A stretch of 64,000 nucleotides of DNA from Lophium mytilinum. Its lineage: Eukaryota. The stretch's first letter is position 1. Each line of letters begins with the position of its first letter. The position numbers and the translations under genes were made by a program. The stretch spans positions 1,364,001 to 1,428,000 of the forward strand of contig MU004197.1 of assembly GCA_010093605.1 (NCBI GenBank). The letters run 5' to 3'. This document shows positions 36,043 through 48,789 of this stretch, piece after piece. The notes beneath the pieces are model-generated. The model worked only from the letters and a program-made list of their open reading frames with translations. It did not search any database and was not told the origin of the DNA.

Positions 36043-36382
36043 ATTGGTTGGAATGGTATTGGAGGAAAGAAATTTGTGTTTAGTGAAAATGAGGTCTTGC
36101 AAAATGTACCGCTAGTGAAGACTGGGCATAATAAGTGGCCATAAATAGGCGGCAGATGTATTGAGCTTCTAATGTGCTCACTTTCCCCACTCCTAGATGC
36201 GAGGACCCTAGTAGCGCATCGTGTCACGTCGGATGTGCCGATATTCCCGTACGCACTGATAAGGCGATAGGAACAACTCCGAACGCTACCTACCTCTACG
36301 CTAGCCAATTTGAATATAGATGCATCCTCCCGAGTTAATAAAGTCAATATGGACGTGAGCGAAGTAGTTTCTGTCAGGCCTT

Positions 36383-37161
36383 TTACAGAGGTTCAGTGCC
36401 ATCTGAATTGTTGGTCGGGTCTTTGCCATCAAGGAAAGGCACCAACAAAGTCGGCCCAAAGTCCTGAGGCTCATCGCTGTCGCAATTCAACCCAAGCCTA
36501 TCCTTCTCAAGCTCATCGTCCCGAGCAAATCTGTATGTGCGAGATTCTCTAAAAGTTAGTAGTGGGAAGGTGCGGTTTTATTCCGTTGGACGCACCACAG
36601 TTTGGAAACCTCGTTCCTTTGACTAGATATGAAATGAAGCATCTATGAGTGACCACAGCAATGCTCAAGTACTCAGTCGAGAGATCTTTGAGCCGCTTCC
36701 GCACCACTTCAGCTCTCTCTAGAGCGCTTTCCAACGTATGAGGCGGGTGGTCCCATTCTTCAGGACAACCCGCGAAGTCGAAGTCGGGGAACTTCCGCAT
36801 GATCTCTCCGCGACTGAGCCCTTTGTTGCAAGGGGCATCATGAGTTTCACGAAGCTCAGGCCAAATATGGACGTCTACTGGGAAAGGAGCTTGACCGAAA
36901 AGAGCTGGGAAGGCATTGATTGCAGTCTGAATGGTTCGAGTCATTGGCGAGATAATGATCAAATCCGGCACAACGGGTGTCTTGATTTCTTTGGTAGTGC
37001 TGTGGCCCAATTCCGTCAATGGCGGATCGTGGTACGGATACTCCCGATCGACACTAAACCTAAAATTAGCAAACTGTAGGACTAACATGGAAGTTGCATG
37101 TGTACTTGTGGATAGCTTGTCCGTGACGGATGATGTGGATCAAAGGGACTTGCGAGCTCAT
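36383..37161 (-). CDS. Histidine phosphatase / phosphoglycerate mutase-like protein (3 exons)
   Basis: IIRHGQ in exon 1, then DPPLTELG, SPMTRTIQTA, PELRE and VVTH. The last exon reads SRTYRFA..QDFGPTLL. Confidence 0.85.
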
Positions 37162-38238
37162 GTCTGGCGGCCCTGTATGTGACTTGGAAGCGTTGTTGTG
37201 GTGGGAAATAGATTGTGTGAGTACCTAGATCTTGAAAGCTTTACTCTGTACGCTTAATAATAAGACGGTGAGAAAATCAAGTAGGGAGGCAGCCGCTGGT
37301 TCTAGTGAATTAACAACCCTTGTATGTCGCGTTTCGTTAGTTCCTTGAACGACAGCAAGTCCATGCACTGAGACCACAGTCTACTTTAAATCATTTCCAA
37401 GAGCAGCTACGTGTTTGCTCGAAGCAATGGTTACAGATATGTGTTGGACGTATGAACAGCTGGGTCTTTGAGCAGATGAGTCTTTAGGACAAGTGTATGA
37501 TGGATGTCCTCGAACCGGAATGCCACGGCGCCTTGCTGTCCCTTGGTCTGTCAGACGACTGAGACAGATGTTGGAAGCAATTGATATCGATGAAGTGGAG
37601 AGTACAGAACTCAGGGCCGATGCCTCGGAAAACCCCTGTCGCTCCTGTTCCCAAAGCGGGAAGGAGCAATTCTGAAACAGCACGTGACATATAATAACAC
37701 ATCTCTCAGATGGAACAAGGAGGACACAGCGCCGAGAAACACTACGTCTGTGGCAGATATTAATGATCATAGAGCACAAAGCCGGCTCATAATCAACAGT
37801 CGTAGTCGTTTCTGTGGCTAGTTGTACGTCATTTCGTGAAGGGCCGGATCGGCGGATCTTCACCACTATCTCCAATTATCACCGCCCCATTTCAGCCGTC
37901 TCGCCTTGGGGCCGCACCACGCGAAGCACAGCCAACAACACGTCGCAATGCTGGCCAATTGCGCGCAATTATCTACAAGCGGTCAAGGGGCCCTCTCCGC
38001 CAAGGCTTCACCGGGCTTGGTTTGTCCCAATTCTGTGAGGCTTGGTCAAAGCTCATTAGCAGACTTCCGCCAGCGTTTGCTTCATCTCGAAACCTTCATA
38101 TGGGGCCCGGGGTCTCTTCCACCTGCCTTATGCCTCGGTTAACCACTCCTTGAACTATCTTCTTCCTTACACCCAAACTTGAGAGCCTGAAGCATCACTC
38201 CAGAGCCGGGCGCATAGATCGCGTCGACGATCTTGATC

Positions 38239-39928
38239 ATGTCGTCCCTGGAACAATACTTCTTCAAGAGGCCCCGTGCACTCCAATATGTCTATGCTGG
38301 ACGTGAATATCGCGCCGGCGACTCCCATGAAGCTGGAAACGACCATGCGCTTCTTCCGAGCAACACGGACGCCTCAGCGGAGACGACGAGAAGTAAATCC
38401 AACGAAAAATCAGAAGCTGATCCCATTTTACATCGGACACATCTCGACCTCTTCATTGATTTGATCTTCGTTGGCATTATCGGCAACATCGCTGAACATA
38501 CCAGCGAGCGCCTCTTCGTTGCCCCCAGCGGCCATGAAGGCACCTCTACCGATGCATTCAAGGCAATCCTGGAGTTTGCACTCGAATTTTTGCTCACCTG
38601 GCGGATCTGGAACTATCTACGAAACTTTACGAATATGTTCTTCCAAGACGACCTGACACAACGGTTATTCATTATCTGGATTCTTGCTCTGGCTCTCATC
38701 TTCGGTAACAATGTGACATCTACCTTCGTCAACTACAAGGGCGCAAGCTTCACGTTCTCGGTATATCTCATCATTCGCGCTTCCTTCTTTTATATCGAGG
38801 GGATTTACTGCATCTTCATACGCTGGATGTGGAAAGAATGGCTCCTCTCTGTGGTCACCTCGCTCCCTGCGTCTGGGCTCTGGATCGGCGCCATCTTTAC
38901 TTCAGGATGGGCACAGCTTGGCCTCGTGATGGGTGCACTCGCAATCGACTATTCTGGCGCCATTTTCCGGAATTCTCCACTATTCGATCGTCTTCTATCT
39001 AAGAACCACCGCAAGACACCAGATTTAGATCACTACGTTGAACGTATCAGTTCCTTCTACGTGATCATCCTCGGAGAGGGAGTCCTGAACCTCATCAAAG
39101 GCAGTCCTCTTGGAGAAGGACTAACCGCAGAGGTTGGATCTGGTATTGCGACTTTAGCTATGTATTTCCTATTGCATATGCTATACTTCAAGTCGCAGGC
39201 GAGCGGCGAAGGGTTTCGCGCGGTACGAATGTCACACTTTCAAGGGGCGCTCTGGCAACTGTAAGTCGTTTTTCGCCTCACTCTTCTACCAATACTGATC
39301 TCCTAATAGCGCTCATGTGTTGATCTTTGGCGCTCTCCTGCTCCTGGACGTCTCGAACATCTTTTTGGTTGCCCATCAAGGTGTCTCGGCCCTAGATCCT
39401 CCCGAAACAGAACCCGCATTGCCAGAAAAGCGACGCCCCCTTGCGCTGTTCTCTCGACCCTCGACGGAAGAACCAACCGAAGAAGAGCTCCCGCATTTCG
39501 TCCGAGTCGCCCTCTATACAAGCTCTGGAGCCCTCGCCGTCGTACTATTCGGAATCACCGTCGTGACCCTCCTACACCACTCGCAGTTCTACAAGTCGAT
39601 GAAGGACAAGACTCTCCTCGATCATCCATTCATCCGAGCAATCCCCCGCGTCATCTTGATAATCATCTACCCGTGTCTTCCGCTCATGGGAGTTCAAATT
39701 GGCCGGAGTTGGCTGGGCATCGCGGTCGGCTCGCTGTCCGGGCTCACGATGCTGGAGCTTTTCATGGCGTATCGGAGGCGCGGGAGCGGTGTCGTGGAGC
39801 CCGCACCAAAAGTGAACGAGAAGCACAACACAGGGACTAGATTGAACACTTTTTCGACCGATTCGCCGCAGTCACCTGTGGATGTGCCAGAGTCACCGAA
39901 GAGTTTGCGGCACCCTTTTACTGCATGA
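38239..39928 (+). CDS. LtrA (low temperature requirement A)-like multi-pass membrane protein (2 exons)
   Basis: DLFIDLIFVG and ERISSFYVIILGEGV motifs, many hydrophobic helices, and an intron near 39261-39309. Confidence 0.85.
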
Positions 39929-40443
39929 ACGACCTGTGGTAAGGCATTCCAATTGCTGGACATTTTTAATCAAACGGGACTGACGGGGAACTTCACTGCA
40001 GATCTTCAAGTACTATTAGCGAGCCTTATGACATGATGATACCCCGTTATTTAGACAGACAACCGCAGACTATTAGACAGTTTTGAGATGCTGTTTGACG
40101 CCGGCAAGATTCCCAACGGATGCGAAAACTATCTACCGTTTATATCCGAATATCGCTTAGCGCGCAACCCGACATCCACACGATTCTTGCGACCAAGGAG
40201 GTACTCAAGAACAGTCGCCGGGCGGCTAGTACCGTCCTTGGTCGTAAGCCGTGGCAGAGAAGATTCGCTCGTTCTAGACATCTACTACTTGTGAGTGACG
40301 TGGGCGGTTAGGCCGTATCCACGAAAGGAGGATATACGACGTCGAGGCTCTTTAGTATTTCCATGTATCTACAGATGAAGTACTCAACATACCCCTTTAT
40401 AATTCCTTCGGTGCCCTTCCCACCAACGTTTTCTTAAACCACC

Positions 40444-42324
40444 TCACAACTTCGCCCTATCCCCCCTCTCCGCCAACGCCCTCAGATCCTTCCTCAGAAT
40501 CTTCCCCACCGCACTCCTGGGTATCTGATCCAAAAACACCACCCCACCCCTCAACTGCTTATACGACGCCGCCTTACTCTTCACAAACTCCTTCACATGC
40601 TCCTCCGCCACCTTCTTCCGATCCGCTACCACATACGCCCTCGGCGCCTCCGTCCCCTCCCACGGCACCCCAATAACCGCCGCATCCTCAATCAACGGAT
40701 GACTGAGCAACAAGCCCTCCAACTCCGCCGGCGCCACCTGCAGTCCCTTGTACTTAATCAGCTCCTTCTTCCGATCCGTCACATACCACAGCCCGTTCCT
40801 CAGCTGCAGCACATCGCCCGTGCGAAACCACCCATCGCTCGTAAACGCCTCCCGCGTCGCCTCCGCATTCCCGTAATACCCGCGCGTCACGATCGGCCCT
40901 TTGACCAGCGCCTCCCCCGGCTCGCCCTCGGGCACGTCGTTCTCGTCGTCGTCTACTAGCCGCATCATCGTGTTCGGGTGCAGCACACCCACGCTGCCCG
41001 AGTCGTCGTACACGCCCCGCGGCAGGCTCGTCACCGACCCCGTCGTCTCGCTCAGCCCCCACGTGCCGCCGACGACGATGTTCCCGGCGGCGCCGAGCCG
41101 CGCGCCTGCGGTGCGCTGCAGCTCGGCGTCCATGGGGGCGGCGCCGGAGAGCGCGCCTTGGAGGGTGGCGAAGTGGTCGGCGACGTCGGGGGATTTGGCG
41201 ATGCGCGCGTAGATGGCGGGGACGGTGAAGAAGGTGGTGATTTTGTAGGCTTTGTTGTAGCGCAGGAAGTCGCGCCAGTTGTACTTCTGCATCCAGTAGA
41301 TGGAGGCGCCGTTGTAGGTGGGGCCGATGAAGTAGCCGCTGACGCCGGCGATGTGGGCGGCGGGGAGGTGGGCGAGGGTGCGTTGGGGGGTGGGTTTGAT
41401 TTCGCCGGAGAGGATGCGGGGAGCGGACCATTCGCGCGCGATTTGGGCGGTGTTGGTTACTTGGGAGACGAAGGTGAGGTGGGTCATCATTACGCCTGGG
41501 GAGCTGTTAGCAGATCTACTCTCACTGTCCTCCCTATCCCTCTCTCTCTCCGTCATAAAAAATTTATAGGGAACTCACCCTTCGGCACACCCGTCGTCCC
41601 GCTCGAATACAACAAACACACCACCCGCTCCGCCAAGACGCTCGGCTCTTCAATCCGCTCCCAATCCAACCTCTCCGGCCGCCCAAACAACTCCCTCCCC
41701 CCTTCCGCTTTTACACTCCACGCCCCCGCCTCACTCTTCAACACCAGCACCCGCCCCGCATCTAACCCACACAACCGCGCCGCCTCCAGCGCCGTCGCCT
41801 TTAAGTCTTCGCTGCATATCAACAACCGCGCCCCGCCCTGCGTCACCTGCCGCGCGAGCTCCGGCGCTGTGAAGGAGTGGCTCGCCATGGAGAAGACGCC
41901 GCCGGCCGCGATGGTGCCGTAGAAGGCGATTGGCAAGAGGATTTGCAGGGAGGAGAAACAGACGACGACATCGGGGCTGTTGGGCAGGTTGGGGGAGGTT
42001 GCGGGGTGGGTGGGGTGCGGGCCGATGGAGTAGTCGGCGCGCAGGGAGGCGGCGAGGGCGCGGGTGAGGTCGCGCGCCGTGTCTTTGGTGATGTGGTTGG
42101 AGGGGTTGGCGGCGTCGATGTGAAGTTGGGTCGTTTCGGTCGCGAGGCCGTGCGGGGAGTCTTGGGGAGCTGTTAGCTTTTTGCCCGTAGAAGGAAAAGA
42201 AGTCTTGGGTTTGGAGGTTTGCGTGCTGTGGATTGGGATACAACGTACCGAATAGCAGAGTCAGTAAATCTAAACTCGGGAACTTGTAATGCCGTTGCGC
42301 GTAGTAGATCTTTTGTTGTGGCAT
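40444..42324 (-). CDS. 4-coumarate-CoA ligase-like acyl-CoA synthetase with PTS1
   Basis: Motifs YSSGTTGVPKG, WGLSET, GWFRTGD, DRKKELIKYKG and GKILRK. The protein ends in AKL. Confidence 0.93.
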
Positions 42325-43203
42325 CTTCGTTTTCTTTACACCGAGCTCGAACAGCTCAAGCTTCCTAGTAGCTGGTATGCGGTATCCCTCCTACAGCTGG
42401 CGAAAACGAGTCTCCTCTAAGGTATAAAGCAACACGCTCCCTCGACAGCAGGAAGCCGGAAAACAAAGAAACGGAAAAGCGACGGTAAGACAAGACTCTC
42501 GTAGTTGGCCTATGAATCTACCCGTATTACTCGCCCTCTTATTTACCTTAACTCTCCCGCGTCCGCTCGACGACCTCGCCTTGGGAACGCCGGTAATTCC
42601 TGGGGAGAAAATAAAGCGCCGGGGTGTGGGGATGGGGTGCGGGGAACTTCGGCGATTTGGGCAGGGTTGGCCGAGGCGAGGCTTGAGAATGCTTGAGTTG
42701 CAGGAGATGGAAAGTGTGAGTGGGTAGGATTAAGTATCTAGATACAGGTGTACACACTTGTGGAGAGGATTCCAAGATGTAAGAGCTAGTTCTAATTGTT
42801 GCGAATAATGGTGGTTCTTCGTCTTTGCAGTGCCGAGGCGCGAGCTGCTTGAGCCGCGATGGTCGCGATGGAGCTGCAGGAAGCCGTTGCGCAGGGGAGC
42901 TAGGAGCTAAACAAAGTAGTAATACCGAGGGACGGGGCACAATGAATTGGGTTTGATTGGGTAAGCAGCGCGTAGGCGTAGGATCAAGAGTGGTAATTCG
43001 TGCGAGTGTGGGGTGTCTGCTTATGCACAACGATGCGGTGAGGTGGAATACTGCACGAGAAGAAGACGTGGCGAGGACACATTTCCTTGGAGTGCAAAAG
43101 TGAGTTAGGTTCATGGCGATGTATACGGCCGAGTAATAAATAACCCTTTGTAGATTCTCGGAAAAGGTAAATCCATCACGTGACCAGTATCCGAAGACCC
43201 TCC

Positions 43204-45008
43204 TCAAGCCTTCACAACGTTGAATCCAGTCCAGCCATCTATCATCTCCCGACAAGTCTTCTCATATCTCTCTATCCCACCCACGTAGTTCATATTCTCT
43301 GCCTTCTTGCCGGGAATGTTCCCGCCATCCCACCAGCTCGATGTGAACGGGTACAGTGTTAGCTTATTCATAGCATTGAGCGCAGCCTTCCAATCCTCCT
43401 GTGCTTCCAACTTAGCCTCAATCGACTTGGCGCCCGTTTCCTCGAGACGCGAAATGATTTCTGTCACGACGTCGCATTGGCATTCGATGATTGTGATGCC
43501 GTTCGAGAGAGCAGTAGGTGCTATACACGCTATTAGTTAAGGCGGAACGGAGAAGGGGGGCCAACAATACATTGAGGGCTGTAGACCATGAAGGCGTTTG
43601 GAAAGCCGCCGATTAGCAAGCCGAGGTAGGTGGACATTCCTTTACTCCAGATGTCTTTGATGTCGACACCGTCTTTACTCTTAAGACCCATGTTCGACAT
43701 TCTGAAAAGGATTAGATTAGGGCGCTGTACTAAGGGTTTCATATGGGAAGATACTTACGAGCCAGTGAAGCTGTCGAAGCCTGTTGCGAGCACTACGCAA
43801 TCGAAATCATGCGTGCTGCCATCCTCCAGCTCGAGGCCAGTTTCGGTGAACGACTTGAGCGGAGCTTTTGTCAAGTCTACGATCTCCACATTGGGCTGAT
43901 CTAAAATCTCGTAGTAGTCTTTCTCGAGCGGATTCCTCTTGGTGGCAAAATAGTATGGGGGCTCCTCCGGTGCCATCAACTCTTGCTTCTTCGGATCAGT
44001 CATCCTAGCCCTAATCTTCTTCTTCCAGAAATCATAAACAACCCGGTTCGCCTCCTTGTCAATAAGAAAACTGCCGTAGTTGCCCATCATGTAATTGAAA
44101 GCACCTCGGTCCCAAAGCTCATTAAAGAGTGCTTCTCGCTCCTCTAGCGAATCGTCGAAGAGGTTGCCTTGTTTACGAGTACTGGGGAATCCAGAGAAGG
44201 AAAGCCGGCCTTCTTTGAATAGGCGGTCGTAGTATGGCCTCCAGCCGTTCTGTTCCTGCACGGTAAACTCACGCTGACCCATGGGTAAGCAGTAACTTGG
44301 CCGTCGCATAAACATCGTTAGGTGCTCCGCCTCCTTTCCAAGCTCTTGCACCACTTGCACGCTCGTCGCGCCGGCACCGACCACGGCGACCTTCTTCCCC
44401 TTTACACTCACGCCTTCTGGCCAGGCGCCAGTATGATGGACAACGCCTTTATACTCGCTCAGACCGGGAAAGTCTGGAATGTACGTATGATGCAGCAAGC
44501 CGCTGCATAGCATCAGATACTTCGCACTCGCCACGTCTCCTGAAGCTGTCTTGATCGTCCATCGCCCTGCGCCGTCGTCCCAGGCCGCGTCTACTACTTT
44601 AGAATTGAAGCTGGTGTCTTTTCGTACGTTGAGCGTCTTATCGATGTGCGCAAAGTACTTCCGAAGCTCAACGTGGTCGGGGAAGCGAACGCTAAAGTTC
44701 CACGTACGGTACACCTCAGGGATGTTGAGCTGGTAAAAAGGAGTTTCGGAATCAACCCTGGCTCCTGGATAACGATTCCAGTACCACACGCCACCAAAGT
44801 CAGTGCCGGCCTCGAAGATATGCGCCGAGAGGCCCAATTTGCGGAATCGGTGGAGGGCGGAGATGCCGCTGAAGCCGGCGCCGACGATGATACAGTCGTA
44901 GGACGCAGGCGATGCAGAGACGCCGTTTCCATTCGATGAAGTCTTGTGATGAAGTCCGTCTCCATTGACGGAATCGGCGGGAGTGCCGTTGGTCTGGGAA
45001 GTTGCCAT
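43204..45008 (-). CDS. Baeyer-Villiger monooxygenase (type I, FAD/NADPH)
   Basis: GAGFSG, GGVWYWNRYPGARVDSE, BVMO fingerprint YKGVVHHTGAWP, GAGATS and ATGFD. An alternative start lies at 45074. Confidence 0.93.
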
Positions 45009-46849
45009 TATGTCACCTCGTGTTCGCGTTTTGCGTTTCTTCGACGGTTGGGAGGTCCTGTGGACTTCGGTCATAGCAATAAGAAAAGGTGGATTTGTAA
45101 GGGACGGTAGTTAGTTTTAATCGCAAAGGATTCTACGCGATCTTGGTGGATCATTCAACTATCCAAAATTGGACTCTGACGCGAAGGAGTCTGACGGAAC
45201 AAGGTACTAAGAGGCCTAGAGAGCTTTAAGGGCCCCATATAGTCCATCAAGTGACCATACGGATCGGACGGCCACCACGAAGCCGTCGTTGCCCCTCCTT
45301 AATCTAAGGCGAAGCTCAGCCGATTTAGAAGACATCAGATCATAACCCTCCTATCAAGGCATAGGAAGAAGGGCCGTTGGGCGTATTGGCGTATAATGCG
45401 GGGAAGCCGAGGCTTAAATGATTTCCGGATTGGTTATGGTGTTACTCCTGGATGACATTGTCGGGATGTTGAATCGATTCCGCTGTGTCGCACATCGTCA
45501 TCGGCCGGGTTGCGAGATGCCGGTTGCCGTCTCGGTACAGTTCCCGTTTCTGGTGGGCTTAACGATTGATTATTATTGCCACACACCAGTGGACCAGGCG
45601 AGGTATCCGCTGTGCCACTATTCTTCAAGCCAACATTCTGTCGTCAGACCTTTAGATCCTTCTACGACTTCACTGCTGAGATATCTGCCGAGGCGTTCCA
45701 TTGCGAGGGTACACACCTTCTCAAACATCAGAATGTTTGTGAAAAAAAGACTATATTGTACAGGATTGACGAGGAAGATGATTTAAGCTATGATACAGAG
45801 ACAGGGCGGTTGAGATTAGAGATAGGAGATTAACGACGGGAGGCTTGAGGCCTCCAGCTCTGGCGTCGCGCTAAGACTAAATGGGATGAACGTCTTCCCC
45901 CTCAACACCAATGAAGTATCAGTTTCAAATTAGACAGAGAGCAAGAGGATCAAGTACGTTCGAGGAGATGAAACTGAACCAAAGTACATACGATAGGTAT
46001 CGTGATCACGTGAGCTTCGTGTTTCCTGGTCCCGGCTTCACTTTCCCCACTTACAACGCCATATCTCAAGCTCCCTTTCGGTCTATGTCGTTCAGTCAGA
46101 TTCTTCTCGTCGGCCGCTACCCGCTTCAATAAATCTCAATGAAAGCATCTTCGGGGTCTGTTATATACTCTCCCAACGTCCCTTTCTTCGCCCAGAAGAC
46201 AGCCGGAAGAAGAGACTTCGCATCCCGGAACGGCCTTTTGGTTCTCGAACGCCTCTCGCTTCCTAGGTGCTTAGGTCGGGGGCCAATATGCAGAGTTCTT
46301 ATCTCGAATGCAGAAAGCTGTCTGGGCGCCAAGAATTTCTGCAAGGCTGAGAATACTGGCCATCAATTGGAGCCTCAGGCCGGGCGTAAAGGGCACGGGT
46401 CCTGTACGGGCTTGCAGATACGAGACCTCGTCCTATGCCACGTAAGGCGCTATCGGATGTCTACTCGGATTCCTTGAAGGGCACACCATCGACAACGAAG
46501 AACGTGGCGCACGGGCAGTCCAAAATGCATGTTGGGTAGGCTGTGCTCTGTGTCGGCTGCAATTGAGTCAATCTTCTACCGCTTAGGCATAGTCATATGA
46601 ATACCATGTGGATTGAAAGAGACTTGGGACGACTTTAATGCTGGCACTTGCATGAGGCAGCATGTCGAGACGCAGAAGAGCGATCTAGGTTCACGGGAGC
46701 CTCTTCTTCGGTGACTTGGGCGTTTAAAGCGGTTAAGGTATTAAGACAGCCTTCCTCCTCTCTTGCCGGCTCTTTTCTTGTTCAGCCTCGTCGAAAGAAT
46801 CTCTGCATTGTAGTTTTCTCAGCGTCCAATCCATCTTCAAAGTACCGCC

Positions 46850-48076
46850 ATGATGCGGGGATTTGCTGTGATTTGCTTTCTCGCCCCACTGCTGCACGCT
46901 GGCGCAGCCGCATTTGATGAATTTGAAGGCTCAGTCCCAATGAAATTTGGCAATCTCGATGGCCCAGTTCAATCGCCAAACAACCTTACCTCAGATCTTG
47001 AAAAGAGAGATGACGTGGGCTGCTACTTCCACGGATTGAGTGGTCATTATTGCTTTGTCGGCCAGATTTGTTGCTATGACAATCAGAACAACGAAGGCTG
47101 TTGTCCAAGTGACGGCCGGTGCTGCGGTACTATATGCTGTTTGTCTGGGTACGTTCGCCTTCCACGTCCCCAAAATGACTATTGAGTTGCAATAGGACAC
47201 CGCTGACGACTATATACTTCCAGATACCAGTGTGCATGGTCTGACCAGTAAGTTCAATATTTCCGTTTGATCTCGGAAGACTTCGAGTTGATCAATATAC
47301 TTAGAACCTCACAAGCATGCTGTCCTATCGGCGGAAATTGTGGTGATCCAACAGTGACCGACACAGTAACAGAGACCGATTATATCACCCAGACGGAGGT
47401 CGAGACAACGGTGGACAACGTCTACATCACGGATTTTGAGACCGTCACAAACGTCCAATACGTCACCGACCTCGCGACCGAGACTCGCGATAACACCATT
47501 CGAGAAACTCAGACGAAAGACAACACGGTCCACGAGACCCAGGTCAATACCATCACCAAAGAGGCCTCCACGGTTGTCCTGACCCAAATTTTTATCAGCG
47601 TCAACAGCGCTGGCCAAACCATCGTCCAGACCACGGCCGTCCAGTCCGTTGTATCGGCGGCAGCAGCGACGAACTCCGACGTGTGTATTGGCACCTCAAA
47701 GAAACAAAGCGACGTCGGAGCCATCGTTGGTGGTGCCGTAGGCGGCGTGGCTTTCATCGCTCTTCTCGCCGCCCTGCTCTTCATCGGCAATAAGAAGGGC
47801 TATTTCGAAAAGAAAGAGAAACATCCCACCTATCCACCCGTTTCGCTTCCTGTGCCCCTTGGTGGCGAGCCTAAGGGATTTGGCCAGCCTCAGTCAGTTC
47901 CAATGTCACCAGCGAGCACGACTCGGAACACGATGACACCGGTTCCACCGTACGCTGCGCAACCCTACGCAGCGCAACCGCAATCTGGATATGTGCAAAG
48001 GCCGCATTACGCGAATGAGATGGAAGCAAGTGGGCGCGGGTGGGACAATTCCACCAATAGTCAGCATTATCGTTAG
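46850..48076 (+). CDS. Cys-rich type I membrane protein (signal peptide, CC-rich domain, Thr-rich stalk, TM helix)
   Basis: Signal peptide, LEKR Kex2-like site, repeated CC pairs, a 24-nt microexon at 47224-47247 that keeps frame, a T/V-rich stalk and the GAIVGGAVGG TM helix. Confidence 0.85.
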
Positions 48077-48789
48077 GAGAAGAGAGATCATGTTCTCCCA
48101 AGCTAGCATCTCATCGTCGTTTTATACTACCTGCGCAGCGTTAATTTTCTCTCTGCTACGAGACTTTTTTGACGGTGGTGCTTACCGGAAAGCATCATGT
48201 CGATTCTTACTCTCTCAATGCGAAACTACTATCTCGTTGAGTTTGAAAAATAGCCTTGTGACAAGGGTCTGCTTACACCTTTCTACCACGCCTGAAGGCA
48301 CTCGCGAACACATGGAGTGACAGATTATATGTTTGATCTGCTCACGCCTGTTTCCCGGCACCTGAGGTGGCCAAGCAGAGTATCATGTCTATTAGCAGAT
48401 CCATATGCGATGTCGTGCCAACTAATCCGGAAGCCAAATCTGCGCCCAGGGTCACAATTGAAGATGTCGCTGAAGTCCGGCATTGATAGTTGCATGGCTA
48501 GTCATGGTCACATAAGAAATTCAAAGTTTGAAGTGTTATAGTCTATTTTCTTTTTTTTTTTTTATGATTTATATGATATGACCCACTGACCAATGGGCGA
48601 GTGACCGACTGCTAACATATGCATTTACATGCATACCCACCAAGCATGGTCGCTATTTTTAAAGACACAGAGACAAAATGCCGTAGACCTCAGAGGTTCT
48701 AGTAACTTCATGAGCCTGTCCGAAGATCTGTATGTAGTGCAAGAACTTCATTGCTCCGGCTACCAACAAAACCCATCCCCTGCCTTGAC

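Noticed and set aside
40754..41922. Long alternative-frame and antisense ORFs over the CoA ligase
   Set aside because: Shadow ORFs expected from GC-rich coding sequence.
42548..43255. 235-aa minus-strand ORF between BVMO and CoA ligase
   Set aside because: Overlaps the BVMO 3' end and does not look protein-like.
45400..46500. Short ORFs that may be pseudogene fragments
   Set aside because: No recognisable motifs, and they lie on conflicting strands.
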